In this document: positions 1 to 11,944 of the stretch, piece by piece | Position numbering within the stretch: position 1 is the stretch's first letter | How the letters are laid out: every line of letters starts with the position of its first letter | DNA from: Saprolegnia diclina VS20 | Taxonomy: Eukaryota | NCBI RefSeq assembly: GCF_000281045.1 | Contig: NW_008246084.1 | Span: forward strand, 75,538 to 139,537 | Direction: 5' to 3' | Length of the DNA stretch: 64,000 nt | Notes under the pieces: generated by a model | Told to the model about the DNA's origin: nothing | The model's database searches: none | Seen by the model: only the letters and a program-made list of their open reading frames with translations | Position numbers and translations under genes: made by a program

Positions 1-1609
1 TGGGGTGTCACCAACCTACAATATAACTCGTTGATACAACGACAGAATTTGAAACCTCATTTGGTGCAAAGTACGTTCATAGCTTGATCCACAGCTGCGT
101 TGGCGCCGAGGAGCGTCTTGACCACAGCATCGAGCCCGTTCTGCGCAGCAACGTAGAGCGCGTCACTCCGTTCTGCATCAGCATCGACATTTGAGCCAAC
201 ATTCTAGAGCACACAAGAAGAGACGTACGTTCATAGCTTGATCGACAGCGGCGTTAGCGGCGAGGAGAGTCTTGACGGTAGCATCGTGCCCGCTCTGCGC
301 AGCAATGAACAGCGGTGTCGCTCCACTCTACATTGAGCCAAAATTGAAGCGCGCAAATCGGCAAAAGAAGAGAACGTACGTCCAAAGCTAGATCCACAGT
401 AGCGTTGCCGCCGAGGAGCGTCTTGACGACAGCATCGCGCCCGTTCTGCGCAGCAACGTAGAGCGGCGTCGCTCCATCCTACATCAGCATCGACATTTTG
501 AACCAACATTCTAGAGCACACAAGAAGATACCATACTTTCATAGCTTGATCGACAGCGGCGCCGGCCGCAAGGAGCATCTTGACGACAGCGTCGTGCCCC
601 TTCTGCACAGCAATGAACAGCGGCGTCGCTCCAGTCTACATTGAGCCAAAATTGAAGCGCGCAAACCGGCAAAAGAAGAGAACGTACGTCCAAAGCTAGA
701 TCCACAGCTGCGTTGGCGGCGAGGAGCGTCTTGACAACAGCATCGCGCCCGTTCTGCGCAGCAACAAACAGCGGTGTAAATGTACGCTAAGCAGCATTGA
801 GGCCAAAAATGCTTTAGACAGCAACCAGCAGATGCAGACGTACGTTGTTAGCTTGATTGACAGCGGCGTTGGCGCTTAGGAGCAGCTGAGCAACAACATC
901 ATGGCCGCGCTGAGCTGCAATAGAGAGTGGTGTTGTCCCATCCTGCGTCATCAACATCATACAATGTGCAAGAGCAGATGCAGACGTACGCTCTTAGCTT
1001 GATCGACAGCAGCGTTGGCGGCGAGGAGCGTCTTAACGACAGCGTCATGACCGTTCTGCGCAGCAACAAACAGCGACGTCGCTCCATCCTACATCATCAG
1101 CACCAGGTGAGGCCACATGTTTCGGAGCACAAGAGGAAAAGGAGAGAACGTACGTTGTTAGCTAGATTCACGGCTGCGTTGGCGCCGAGGAGCGTCTTGA
1201 CGACAGCATTGTGACCGTTCTGCGCAGCAATGAACAGCGGCGTCGCTTGTGTCTACATCGTCAACGACGTTTGAGCCACAATTCGAGAGCACAGCAAGCA
1301 AAAGAAGAGTACGGACGTTCATAGTTTGATTCACAGCGGCGTTGGCGGCGAGGAGCGTCTTGACGACAGCGTCAAGACCGTTCTGCGCAGCAATGTGCAG
1401 CGGCGTATATCCGCTCTACGGAATAGGACAAGTCTTGGTGCCATCGAGCGTGGCTGACGTACCTCGCTGGCCCAGTGGACATCGGCGCCTTCCTTGAGCA
1501 GACGCTGGACGTCATCGATGCGTCCGTAGTACGCAGCATTATACAGCTGAGGGCCCTAGAGAGAGTACATAGCACACAGCGTCCAGCGTTGACGTCGTAC
1601 CAATGCCAT
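1..1609 (-). CDS. Multi-exon ankyrin-repeat protein (ANK gene 1); runs off the left edge; apparent 1-nt frameshift in exon 172..75
   Basis: ATG GCA TTG|GTACG micro-exon at 1609, then exon GPQLYNAAYYGRIDDVQRLLKEGADV, then nine repeat exons of type xGATPLFIAAQNGHDAVVKTLLAANAAVDQA with GT..AG introns. The last full exon is 98 nt rather than 99. Confidence 0.85.
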
Positions 1610-1839
1610 CGCGATCGTCGGTCCAAAAGGCAAGTCTGTCAATCGAAATTGCAATACTGAGTATTTTCATGAACACACATGCACACAAAACCCAGGTTTA
1701 ACCATACTGGAAAATGACAAAACGGGGTGTAATATTGGCNNNNNNNNNNNNNNNNNNNNNNNNNNNNNNNNNNNNNNNNNNNNNNNNNNNNNNNNNNNNN
1801 NNNNNNNNNNNNNNNNNNNNNNNNNNNNNNNNNNNNNNN

Positions 1840-2830
1840 TGTTCTCGATCGCGATGACCTGCGCCGTCAAGCTCTAGAGGACTATGAAGAGCGGTCGCAG
1901 AGGTTGAAGGAAAGAGACCTGGTGCCGATCATCGAGGCTGGCGCCAGCATCGAGCAAGAGTCGCACGATCGACTCGTGGCCGCCGCGCACTGCGGCCGTC
2001 AGCGCCGTTTGGCCACTCTACACATCGGGTATGTGAGCAAAGGATTCAGCTGATCGAGTAGATGGTACGCTGTCCGACGCGTGGACATTTGCGTTGGCAC
2101 GGAGCAGCACGCGGCAAACCTCTTCGTGTCCAATCAGAGCCGCCGCAAAGAGAGAGGTCGACCCGCCCTAGGCCAAGCTAAGTGACGCATAGAGCAAAGA
2201 ACACTGTGGTACCAAGAGCTGGACATCCCAGTCCACAAAGCTTGCGTTTACGCACTTGTCGACGTCGGCCCCAGCGTCCAGAAGAATTTGCACCGTTGTG
2301 CGATGACCACGACGTGACGCAGCACACAGTGGACTGTCGTCATCCTACGCACGATACGAGTTTGTATTTTGTAGAACACATGACCCCGTACGTTGGCTGC
2401 TTGATTCACGGCGGCGTTAGCTTCGAGGAGCATCTTGACAATGACGTCGTGCGCTTGAATTGCAGCAGTGAAAAGCGGCGTCGCTCCAGTCTACATCATC
2501 GTCGACATTTGAGCCAACATCGAAATGCGCAACGAGCCAAAGGAGATTACGTCGTTAGCTTGGTTCACAGCGGCGTTGGCGCCGAGGAGCGTCTTGACGA
2601 CAGCGTCGTGACCGTTCTGCGCAGCAACGAAGAGCGGCGTCGCTGCATCCTACGCAATAGGACATGTCTTGGTGCCGTTGAGCGTGTCCAAGGCACCTTG
2701 GTATAGTTGACGTCGGCGCCTTCCTTGAGCAGGTGCTGGACGTCGTCGATGCGACCATCAAACGCAGCACTAAACAGCTGAGCGCCCTACACCACACATG
2801 GCAACCCACAGCATCCAGCGCCGTCGTTGT
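1840..2830 (-). CDS. Multi-exon ankyrin-repeat protein (ANK gene 2), partial; runs into a gap, start codon unclear
   Basis: Spliced ANK exons (GAQLFSAAFDGRIDDVQHLLKEGADV; DAATPLFVAAQNGHDAVVKTLL; GGSTSLFAAALIGHEEVCRVLL). Segment ~2254-2390 is nearly identical to ~8839-8975. Confidence 0.7.
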
Positions 2831-3224
2831 ACCAAAGACGATCCAAAGAGAAGCGCCCACATGAAGCTCCACTCAATCAATGCATCAATTTGCCAATCGT
2901 GTCTGATCAAATCAGACACCTGAATACAAACAGTATAAAACACCTATCAGTAGCACAGAAACCACACATGAGACATTTTCATGAAAGTGTTTTATACTGT
3001 TTGATACAGATGTCACCCATCCGGAAGCCTTGTCCGGTTCTGCACCTCGGGAAGCAGTTGATCTCCAGTACAATGCACGCAACATCATGAACATACATAC
3101 ATCTAGGTCACCACGGAGTTGAGCCTCGCCAGGACCACTTTTGTGGCGGCACCAGTATGGAGCCCAACCACAGTCGCCATCTCGACGTCCTTCAATCGCA
3201 AGATACTTACGACAGGCGGTGCGG

Positions 3225-3328
3225 GCGAGTGTGCCGAGCGCACGGTGCTCACAGTGACCCATCGGCTCAATCCTGACGTCGGACCGCGTCCTTATCTTGG
3301 AGCACGGACGTTTGGCCGAAATGGGACC
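3225..3328 (+). pseudogene. Frameshifted fragment of an ABC transporter (ABCC-like) C-terminal nucleotide-binding domain
   Basis: ECAERTVLTVTHRL (H-loop-like) continues in another frame as ILTSDRVLILEHGRLAEMG, the typical end of an ABCC NBD2. No upstream NBD is present. Confidence 0.55.
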
Positions 3329-3907
3329 NNNNNNNNNNNNNNNNNNNNNNNNNNNNNNNNNNNNNNNNNNNNNNNNNNNNNNNNNNNNNNNNNNNNNNNN
3401 NNNNNNNNNNNNNNNNNNNNNNNNNNNNNNNNNNNNNNNNNNNNNNNNNNNNNNNNNNNNNNNNNNNNNNNNNNNNNNNNNNNNNNNNNNNNNNNNNNNN
3501 NNNNNNNNNNNNNNNNNNNNNNNNNNNNNNNNNNNNNNNNNNNNNNNNNNNNNNNNNNNNNNNNNNNNNNNNNNNNNNNNNNNNNNNNNNNNNNNNNNNN
3601 NNNNNNNNNNNNNNNNNNNNNNNNNNNNNNNNNNNNNNNNNNNNNNNNNNNNNNNNNNNNNNNNNNNNNNNNNNNNNNNNNNNNNNNNNNNNNNNNNNNN
3701 NNNNNNNNNNNNNNNNNNNNNNNNNNNNNNNNNNNNNNNNNNNNNNNNNNNNNNNNNNNNNNNNNNNNNNNNNNNNNNNNNNNNNNNNNNNNNNNNNNNN
3801 NNNNNNNNNNNNNNNNNNNNNNNNNNNNNNNNNNNNNNNNNNNNNNNNNNNNNNNNNNNNNNNNNNNNNNNNNNNNNNNNNNNNNNNNNNNNNNNNNNNN
3901 NNNNNNN

Positions 3908-4000
3908 TGCTTTTTCTGGACGTTTGCAGTCGCCTTTGGGCTCAACGGCCTCGGTCTCTACTGCGCGTACAAGCTGCACCAAGCAACGCGCAAGTCCTAA
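3908..4000 (+). CDS. C-terminal fragment of a probable nodulin-like MFS transporter (copy 1, emerges from a gap)
   Basis: CFFWTFAVAFGLNGLGLYCAYKLHQATRKS*; identical to the end of 11197-11368. Confidence 0.4.
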   Translation, partial: CFFWTFAVAFGLNGLGLYCAYKLHQATRKS

Positions 4001-4127
4001 GCTCAAGTTGAGTGTTTATTGTAGTTCACACAGCCTTAAAGCCTTAATGAGAGGACTAGGGTCATGCTGATGCAGGACGTCCTTGGCTTCTCGAGACGTG
4101 CCACAGGGGTGCATAATACCAGTAGTA

Positions 4128-4949
4128 CAGTGCCTCCCGAAAGTATTGGGTGGCGTTATTTGAGACAATATTTCTATAAATTGTGAAGTCATTTGTTTGC
4201 CAATTTATCTGTGGAGGCTATCAAACGATAGACAATTGAAAGCTGCGTACGGGTGTATTTTTGAAATCTCGAAACTCGATGTTGTCGCCGAGAATGGTTC
4301 AGAAATGCGCTCGACACGCCGTCAAAAATTTTGGGCCGCCACCATCTGATCCCGGTCTGAGCCCCACAGTTTCTTCAAAATAGTTTCGACACATCGATCT
4401 TTAGCACCGCGGGTATCGATGGACCACGGAGTAGTAAATACAAGTGTCAATGCACCATAGGCTACCACCGCTGGATTGGTCCGAGAAAGCTGAACGGGAT
4501 GGTCAACATGTTGCCGAATGATGCACGGCATGGCTTCATACAAATCGCCATATAGTACAGTGTAGGTAGCCATGGACACATGGGTTGAAACTTTGACCCT
4601 CTCCAACGTGGCCACCATTGTCGTCGCGAGGCTTAAATCAATTGCGTAAAGTAGTTTATTCTTAGTTTAATCCTCTCTTCACGTGACATTCCGTCGTTCG
4701 GACTATTTCTCCGTCATCTATTCACGGTATTCTCGCTTTCGTCTTCTTTTCACCCAATACTTACATACCTAGCAATGTACTTTGTACCACTGTAGGATTG
4801 TCATTCCAAACTTTTAGAAATATGAAGATAGCTATTGTAAAAAATATAATCGATTGCGACATTAACCACTAAAAACGGTTGAGTAGAAAAAGTGATAGGA
4901 CGTGATGCCGTTGCCAATTGGCTTCACCCAATATTTTCGGGAGGCACTG
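4128..4949. mobile_element. Non-autonomous Tc1/mariner-type element (MITE-like), 822 bp
   Basis: TA-flanked ~25-bp TIRs: CAGTGCCTCCCGAAAGTATTGGGTG at 4128 and CACCCAATATTTTCGGGAGGCACTG ending at 4949 (1 mismatch). AT-rich interior, no transposase, internal copy of the TIR motif at ~4751. Confidence 0.85.
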
Positions 4950-5499
4950 TACCTTGCTTGTGACGTTGTATGCAGAGCGCATGAATATACTACGCGCAGA
5001 TGAGCCCAACATCGCATCTGAGGTACTGCGCAGTCGCGACCGACGACGTCATTTGCGTCGCGGGGTGACACCAGCTTGCACCTCGCTATGCGCAGCGGTG
5101 CGTGTACCCCGCGTGTACCCGGCGCGGAGTTAAATCTATCCAAGCTGGCGTTCATTTACCTGCATAACTTCTTTTCGGCGGCCCCTATTGCGCACTGAGT
5201 CAGCAACCAGAGGCGCAATGTACCGAATCTCGATGGTGTCGATGCCAGAGACTGCGATTATGATTGATGCAAAAGGCCTCCTTTTCAAGGTATGTACAAG
5301 AACGTCAAACGAAGCTGATCCCAGTGATTTGGCTCCTGCGATTGCTCGCGCTCGACGCTGGCGTCGACATTGCATTGATGGGTCGTTACGACGCCGAGTC
5401 GCTTTCATTCCTCTTGCGCAGTGGGCAAATACACAACGAAGAACACATTTCTGAGTGGACCGTAGCATCATAACTGCAAAGTCTAACCCTAAACCATGG

Positions 5500-6567
5500 C
5501 AAACACACATATGTATTTGGAGAGATGAAGATGGAATGTAGAAACGTTGTCGTCCTTCGGTGAAGGGCGGCGCCATCGACGTGGCATAGCGGCTGCTCGA
5601 CGGCTTCTTCAGTAGGTCGGTGTTCTTGTTCAGCAAAAGCCGGTCGATGATCGCAATGGCGGTCGAGCGCTTGGTCGGGTCGAACGACAAGCAGTCGTCG
5701 ACGAGCTCCTTGAACCACGGCGCACAGTCAGCGCTCACGGACGGACGCAACTCGCCACTGCGGACGCCGTCGATGATCGCAAAGAGGTTCATGCCGGCAT
5801 ACGGCACCTGGAGCGTCTCGAGCTCCGTCAAAATGACGCCAAACGAGTAAATGTCGGCCGCATAGTCGTACGTGCCGCCAGATGTAAAGACTTCGGGTGC
5901 GGTCCACGCACGAGTACCAGCCCCAGTCGTCATGTTGAGGTCAATCTCCCGCGCGAGGCCAAAGTCGGCCACCTTGATGTAGTTGGTTGAGCTCAAAAGC
6001 ACATTGAGGCTCTTGAGGTCGCGGTGCATAAAGCCATTGCGGTGGAGGTCGGCAAGACCATTGGCAATGACCCACGNNNNNNNNNNNNNNNNNNNNNNNN
6101 NNNNNNNNNNNNNNNNNNNNNNNNNNNNNNNNNNNNNNNNNNNNNNNNNNNNNNNNNNNNNNNNNNNNNNNNNNNNGTCAATTCCACGTCGGCGCCGGCC
6201 TTCAAAAGGCTCGCGACGACGGTGTCGTGGCCGTTCTGGGCCGCCACAAAGACCGGCGTGGCGCCATTCTATCGCCATCCAGTTGAGTTACGTCGGTTGA
6301 AGATCCTTGGCGTACCGTCAGAGCGCAGTTGACATCAGCGTTGGCCGCGAGAAGCGCCGCCACGATCTTGTCGTCGCCCACGTTGGCTGCGTAAAAGAGT
6401 GGTGTCGCACCGTCCTACAGCAGCACGTTGATGTAGTCTCGTGAGGAAGTCCCTTGAAGGCGGTACGTTGGCAGCGTGGTGGACGTCAGCGTTGGCAGCC
6501 AACAGTGTCGTCACAACCTCAAATTGCTTCTTCCACGATGCAATGAGAAGCGGCGATGCGCCGTCCT
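5500..6567 (-). CDS. Ankyrin + TKL-group protein kinase, partial or possibly pseudogenised (gap at 6077-6176; both ends uncertain)
   Basis: Kinase motifs HRDLKSLNVLL, DFG, GTRAWTAPE and DIYSFGVIL at ~5630-6076. ANK exons at 6177-6567. No clear first exon, and no Zn-ribbon tail as in the paralog. Confidence 0.7.
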
Positions 6568-6639
6568 GAGCAAAAACTGTAATGCAAGCATTTGCATGCG
6601 ATTGTAAAGCATATGAGTCAACACGAGCTGACAAGAAGA

Positions 6640-6740
6640 GCTGACAACAACGGCGGCAACCTCCGCCACGACAAGAAGCGCAAGGGCGAACCAACGGAGG
6701 GACCCCTATCGATGTGCTGGCGACGCCGTGTGCGACCAGG
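6640..6740 (+). pseudogene. Degenerate TKL kinase fragment
   Basis: DNNGGNLRHDKKRKGEP is a deleted version of YMDGGNLRRYLDKKRKGEP seen near 12050-12100. Confidence 0.5.
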
Positions 6741-6937
6741 ACGACGCTCCTCGAGCAGTGGCGCGCTGCGTATTTCTCGACAAGGATTCCACGGCATTCA
6801 TGCACACACGGCCTTAGTTGCTAGGATCAAGTCAAATTGATGATGCTAAAAGCCTTGGAATTACGTGGCAGAGACAAAGTGTGGTGCAGTTATGATCGGC
6901 GTTCGTGGGCTGACATTGACGCTCTGGACGATGGAGC

Positions 6938-8106
6938 TCACGCCGCGCTGGTCGCAAGATCAAAGCGACGGGAGAGGATACGCAGCTTCTCAGCGTCGTC
7001 CAAAAGCTCCTCGCCGCACTCGGGATCGATACACGTCGGCGCCNNNNNNNNNNNNNNNNNNNNNNNNNNNNNNNNNNNNNNNNNNNNNNNNNNNNNNNNN
7101 NNNNNNNNNNNNNNNNNNNNNNNNNNNNNNNNNNNNNNNNNNNTGAAACCTCATTTGGTGCAAAGTACGTTCATAGCTTGATCCACAGCAGCGTTGGCGC
7201 CGAGGAGCGTCTTGACCACAGCATCGTGACCGTACTGAGCAGCGACGTAGAGCGGCGTCGCTCCGTTCTGCATCAGAATCGACATTTGAGCCAAAATTGA
7301 AGAGCACAACGAGCAAAATAAGAGAACGCACGTTCATAGCTAGATTCACAGCGGCGTTGGCGGTGAGGAGCGTCTTGACGACATCGTAATGACCGTCCTG
7401 TGCAGCAACAAACAGCGGCGTCGCTCCCGTCTACATAATTAACGACATTTGAGCTCAAGAGCACAAGAAGCAAAATAAGAGAACGTACGTTTTTAGCTAG
7501 ATCCACTGCTGCGTTGGCGCCGAGGAGCGTCTTGACGACAACGTCGTGTGCGCTCTGCGCAGCAATAAACAGCGGCGTCGATCCATCCTGCATCATTGCC
7601 GTTTGAGCCAAAATGTAAGAGAGCAACGGGCAAGAAGAGAGAACGTACGTTCATAGCTAGATTCACCGCTGCGTTGGCTCCGAGGAGCGTCTTGACGACA
7701 ACGTCGTGCCCGTTTTCAGCAGCAATGAACAGCGGCGTCTCTCCAGTCTACATCACCATCGACATTTGAGCCAAAATTGAAGCGCGCAAACCGGCAAAAG
7801 AAGAGAACGTACGTCCAAAGCTAGATTCACTGCGGCGTTGGCGCCGAGGAGCGTCTTGACGACAGCGTCATGACCGTTCTGCGCAGCAACAAACAGCGGT
7901 GTATATCCATCCTATGCAATAGAACATGTCTGGTGCCATGAAGCGTGGCCAACGTGTACCTCGTTGGCCCAGTGGACGTCGGCGCCTTCCTTAAGCAGGC
8001 GCTGGACGTCGCTGATGTCACCATCGAACGCAGCATTGTACAGCTGAGGGCCCTAGAGAGAGTACATAGCACACAGCGTCCAGCGTTGACGTCGTACCAA
8101 TGCCAT
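6938..8106 (-). CDS. Ankyrin-repeat protein (ANK gene 3), probably ending in the Zn-ribbon/helix module; gap at 7044-7143 may hide a kinase domain
   Basis: ATG GCA TTG|GT at 8106. 99-nt exons at 7911..7813, 7747..7649, ~7587..7489, ~7430..7332 and ~7268..7170. After the gap, TCIDPECGEELLDDAEKLRILSRRFDLATSAA* is nearly identical to the end of the 16005-18742 gene. Confidence 0.75.
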
Positions 8107-8838
8107 TGCGATCGTCGGTCCAAAGGGCAAGTCCGTGAAATTGCAATACTGAGTATTTTCANNNNNNNNNNNNNNNNNNNNNNNNNNNNNNNNNNNNNNN
8201 NNNNNNNNNNNNNNNNNNNNNNNNNNNNNNNNNNNNNNNNNNNNNNNNNNNNNNNNNNNNNNNNNNNNNNNNNNNNNNNNNNNNNNNNNNNNNNNNNNNN
8301 NNNNNNNNNNNNNNNNNNNNNNNNNNNNNNNNNNNNNNNNNNNNNNNNNNNNNNNNNNNNNNNNNNNNNNNNNNNNNNNNNNNNNNNNNNNNNNNNNNNN
8401 NNNNNNNNNNNNNNNNNNNNNNNNNNNNNNNNNNNNNNNNNNNNNNNNNNNNNNNNNNNNNNNNNNNNNNNNNNNNNNNNNNNNNNNNNNNNNNNNNNNN
8501 NNNNNNNNNNNNNNNNNNNNNNNNNNNNNNNNNNNNNNNNNNNNNNNNNNNNNNNNNNNNNNNNNNNNNNNNNNNNNNNNNNNNNNNNNNNNNNNNNNNN
8601 NNNNNNNNNNNNNNNNNNNNNNNNNNNNNNNNNNNNNNNNNNNNNNNNNNNNNNNNNNNNNNNNNNNNNNNNNNNNNNNNNNNNNNNNNNNNNNNNNNNN
8701 NNNNNNNNNNNNNNNNNNNNNNNNNNNNNNNNNNNNNNNNNNNNNNNNNNNNNNNNNNNNNNNNNNNNNNNNNNNNNNNNNNNNNNNNNNNNNNNNNNNN
8801 NNNNNNNNNNNNNNNNNNNNNNNNNNNNNNNNNNNNNN

Positions 8839-9432
8839 CACTTGTCGACGTCGGCCCCAGCGTCCAGAAGAATTTGCACCGTTGTGCGATGACCACGACG
8901 TGACGCAGCACACAGTGGACTGTCGTCATCCTAGGCACGATACGAGTTTGTATTTTGTAGTAGTGATACACAAGTACGTTCATGGCTTGATTCACGGCGG
9001 CGTCAGCGCGAAGAAGCATCTTGACGATGACGTCTTGTCCTTTATATGCAGCAACGAGCAGCGGCGTTCCTCCACCCTGCATCAGCAGCAACATGTGAGG
9101 CCACACGTTTGAAAGCGCAAGTTGCGAGAGAAGATAACGTACGTTTATAGCTTGGTTCACAGCGGCGTTGGCGCCGAGAAGCGTCAAGACGACAGCGCCG
9201 TGTCCGTTCCGCGCAGCAACAAAGAGCGGCGTCGCACCATCCTACGCAAAATGACTTATCGTTTTGCCATCCAGCGTGGCCAACGCACCTCGTTGGTAAA
9301 GTTGACGTCGGCGCCTTCCTTGAGCAGGCGCTGGACGTCGTCGATGTCACCGCAGAACGCAGCATTAAACAGATCTAGAGACAAAGCACATGGCAACCGC
9401 CACCTGCAGAGTTGACGTCGTACAAATGCCAT
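8839..9432 (-). CDS. Multi-exon ankyrin-repeat protein (ANK gene 4), 3' part in a gap
   Basis: ATG at 9432. Exons LFNAAFCGDIDDVQRLLKEGADV, DGATPLFVAARNGHGAVVLTLL and GGGTPLLVAAYKGQDVIVKMLL. The first splice junction appears out of phase. Confidence 0.7.
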
Positions 9433-9824
9433 CTCAAGCGTCGGTCGAAAGTGCAAGTGAGCAAGTCGGTCGCTTTGAATCGGACGGCTGAGTACATTGC
9501 TGGATACAAAAAATAGGCGTGTGGACCGACGAATGAAACGCTCACAAAGCGACCAGCTGGTTCGCAACACATGTTGCGCGACGAGTCTACGAAAAGTTAC
9601 AGTAGTTAAAAGAGAGCGGCGCGACCGCAAGAGGCACCGCCGCCGCCTGCCTCTGGCGCGTTGCATTGCTGTAAGCCCACCATGCCGTATATTCCGTCCG
9701 GTCTATAGTGACCACTTTACTTCACTGGTGAACTGCTCCGAAAGCCCGAACCATGAGCCGGATGGCCAAGCTTAGCGGCAAGCTCCGGGCTCAAGCCACG
9801 TCCACTAAAACCATACACGGGAGT

Positions 9825-9922
9825 TCTGCTGGCGGTGACCACCAACGTTGTGCGAGGAGCACCCCGAGAACGTCTGCTGGCGGTGACCACCAACGTTGTG
9901 CGAGGAGCACCCCGAGAACGTC
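9825..9922. repeat. Perfect 48-bp tandem duplication (2 copies)
   Basis: TCTGCTGGCGGTGACCACCAACGTTGTGCGAGGAGCACCCCGAGAACG at 9825-9872 and 9873-9920. Confidence 0.95.
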
Positions 9923-10129
9923 CCGCTCCGACTACTGTAGGCCGGCCCGCCAGTCACAAATTTGCGCCGGTGCCGCAAAATTTGCGACGACGATTTTTTG
10001 TCGTGGCAAAAAATGGCCCGGCCCAAATTCGTGACATGTATCCGGATGATTTCCAAATATTTGTGAACGGCAGTCTCAAGCATTTCCGATGTGTCAGTCG
10101 CGAGCAACAACGATAGCCGAGCCAACGAC

Positions 10130-11096
10130 GGTGGTAGAGTCCATGACGGCGACCAACGCATGGATGCATGTGCTTCGTAGGACGCTCAATTGTTTGAAGC
10201 GGCGCTTGATGGCTGCGTCGATGATGTCATGGCGCTGCTCGACCAAGGCGCCGACGTCACGTGGACCGACGAGGTACACTTGATCAGTGTCGTCGACTCT
10301 CGAGCTAACGTGTGCATAGGACGGCGCAACGCCGCTGGTTGCGGCCTCCATCATGGGCAACGACGAGGCTGTGGCGGCGCTGCTTGCGGCTGACGCGGCC
10401 GTCGACCACGCAAACAACGTACGAACCTTGTCATCCATGGCCCATGTCATCCGTGTGCTGGTAGGATGGCTTTACGGCGTTGATCATGGCCGCGCAGAGC
10501 GGCCACCATCCTGTCGTGATGTTGCTCTTGGCCGCCAACGCCGCTGTGGATCTTGCAGACAACGTACGCCGCAGAATGCGCATTTATGTTTCGCGATATT
10601 TGTGCGTAGACGGGGGCGACAGCGCTCTTCCTTGCGGCGCAAGAAGGCCATGCCGACGTCGTCGCCAGCCTCTTGGCCGCGCACGCATCAGTTAACCAGC
10701 CCATGGAGGTACATGTCAAAATGCACACACGTTTCTCTAAATGCATGGTCTTACAGGACGGGCAACACCCCTCGCTATCGCTGCACAGAATGGCCACTCG
10801 GCCATTGTGGTCACGCTCTTGGCAGCCGGCGCCGACGTGAGCCTCGCCATGGACGTACGTCTGCGCTTCGTGCCCAAGATCGATCGCAACGACTGGACTA
10901 GAATGGCGTGACCCCCCTTTTTTGGTCGCGCAGAACGGACCGGACGACATCGTCGAGGCGCTTCTCGAGGCCAAGGCGGCCGTCGAGGCGCCCATGCATG
11001 TATGCATCCTTGATTTGATGCGGCGTCGACACGCGCGCGGTAGGACGGAGCGACGCCGCTGTTGATTGCAGCGTGCAAAGGTCATGGTTCTGTTGT
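10130..11096 (+). CDS. Ankyrin-repeat gene copy (ANK gene 5), near-identical to 12451-13415; start codon apparently lost; ends in a gap
   Basis: Exons DAQLFEAALDGCVDDVMALLDQGADV, DGATPLVAASIMGNDEAVAALL etc. The paralog's ATGCCCGCGAAG first exon is replaced by ATAGCCGAGCCAACGACG. Confidence 0.6.
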
Positions 11097-11196
11097 NNNN
11101 NNNNNNNNNNNNNNNNNNNNNNNNNNNNNNNNNNNNNNNNNNNNNNNNNNNNNNNNNNNNNNNNNNNNNNNNNNNNNNNNNNNNNNNNNNNNNNNN

Positions 11197-11368
11197 TCCG
11201 CTCTCGTCGCGTCTGTACCGCCTGGCGTCGGTGGTCGACCCGGTCTCGGGCGCCGAAGTCTGCGTCGGTCGGCACTGCTTTTTCTGGACGTTTGCAGTCG
11301 CCTTTGGGCTCAACGGCCTCGGTCTCTACTGCGCGTACAAGCTGCACCAAGCAACGCGCAAGTCCTAA
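11197..11368 (+). CDS. C-terminal fragment of a probable nodulin-like MFS transporter (copy 2)
   Basis: LSSRLYRLASVVDPVSGAEVCVGRHCFFWTFAVAFGLNGLG: a CxGxxC motif before the last TM helix, as in nodulin-like MFS proteins. The 5' part is in a gap. Confidence 0.45.
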
Positions 11369-11944
11369 GCTCAAGTTGAGTGTTTTGCGTCTTGTGCGTG
11401 TCGAGTGTTTTAGTTAGCATGCTACTGGTACGAAGACTAGAAAAGGTAGAGGGTCATGATGATGCAGGATGGCCTTGGCTTCCTGAGACGTGCCACAGAC
11501 TTCGAGTACACGGGCTCGAAGGCTCCTCCTATCTCACTTTTCTAGACCGACAAGTGTGCACACGCACCGAGTTTGTCCGATGCGATGGACGGCTCTGACT
11601 AATGGCGTGCAATCGTGGTCAGAGTGATCACCACCGCAGCACGCTGGTGCTTGCATACCGGTAGTAAAATACTCTCCGGCGTGCATGTAAGCTTATTCAA
11701 GCCATTGTTCGTACGAATCGTTCGTATTTGATTTGCTTTTCGTCGGCAGCAAGGACACACCTATGGTGGAGGAACCGGTACATGCACTTGCTAGATACAC
11801 TCCATGTATCAGGCAGGAAGGAGGCTTAGAGCCAACTTCACTCTCTTGCCCACTTCATTTGGCGCCGTACGCCACTTGTGCCATTGGTCATGGCTCTCAA
11901 TCTGCGGTTACCGGTACATGAGAGCGGTTGCTTGCCCTTGGGTT

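Noticed and set aside
1..1609. Regular ~155-165 bp periodicity resembling a CRISPR or satellite array
   Set aside because: The units are 99-nt ankyrin exons plus GT..AG introns. There are no invariant repeats with unique spacers and no cas genes, and the context is eukaryotic.
2912..4070. Long ORFs in the track spanning N runs (also at 8-9, 13-14 and 17.5-18 kb)
   Set aside because: Artefacts of translating assembly gaps.
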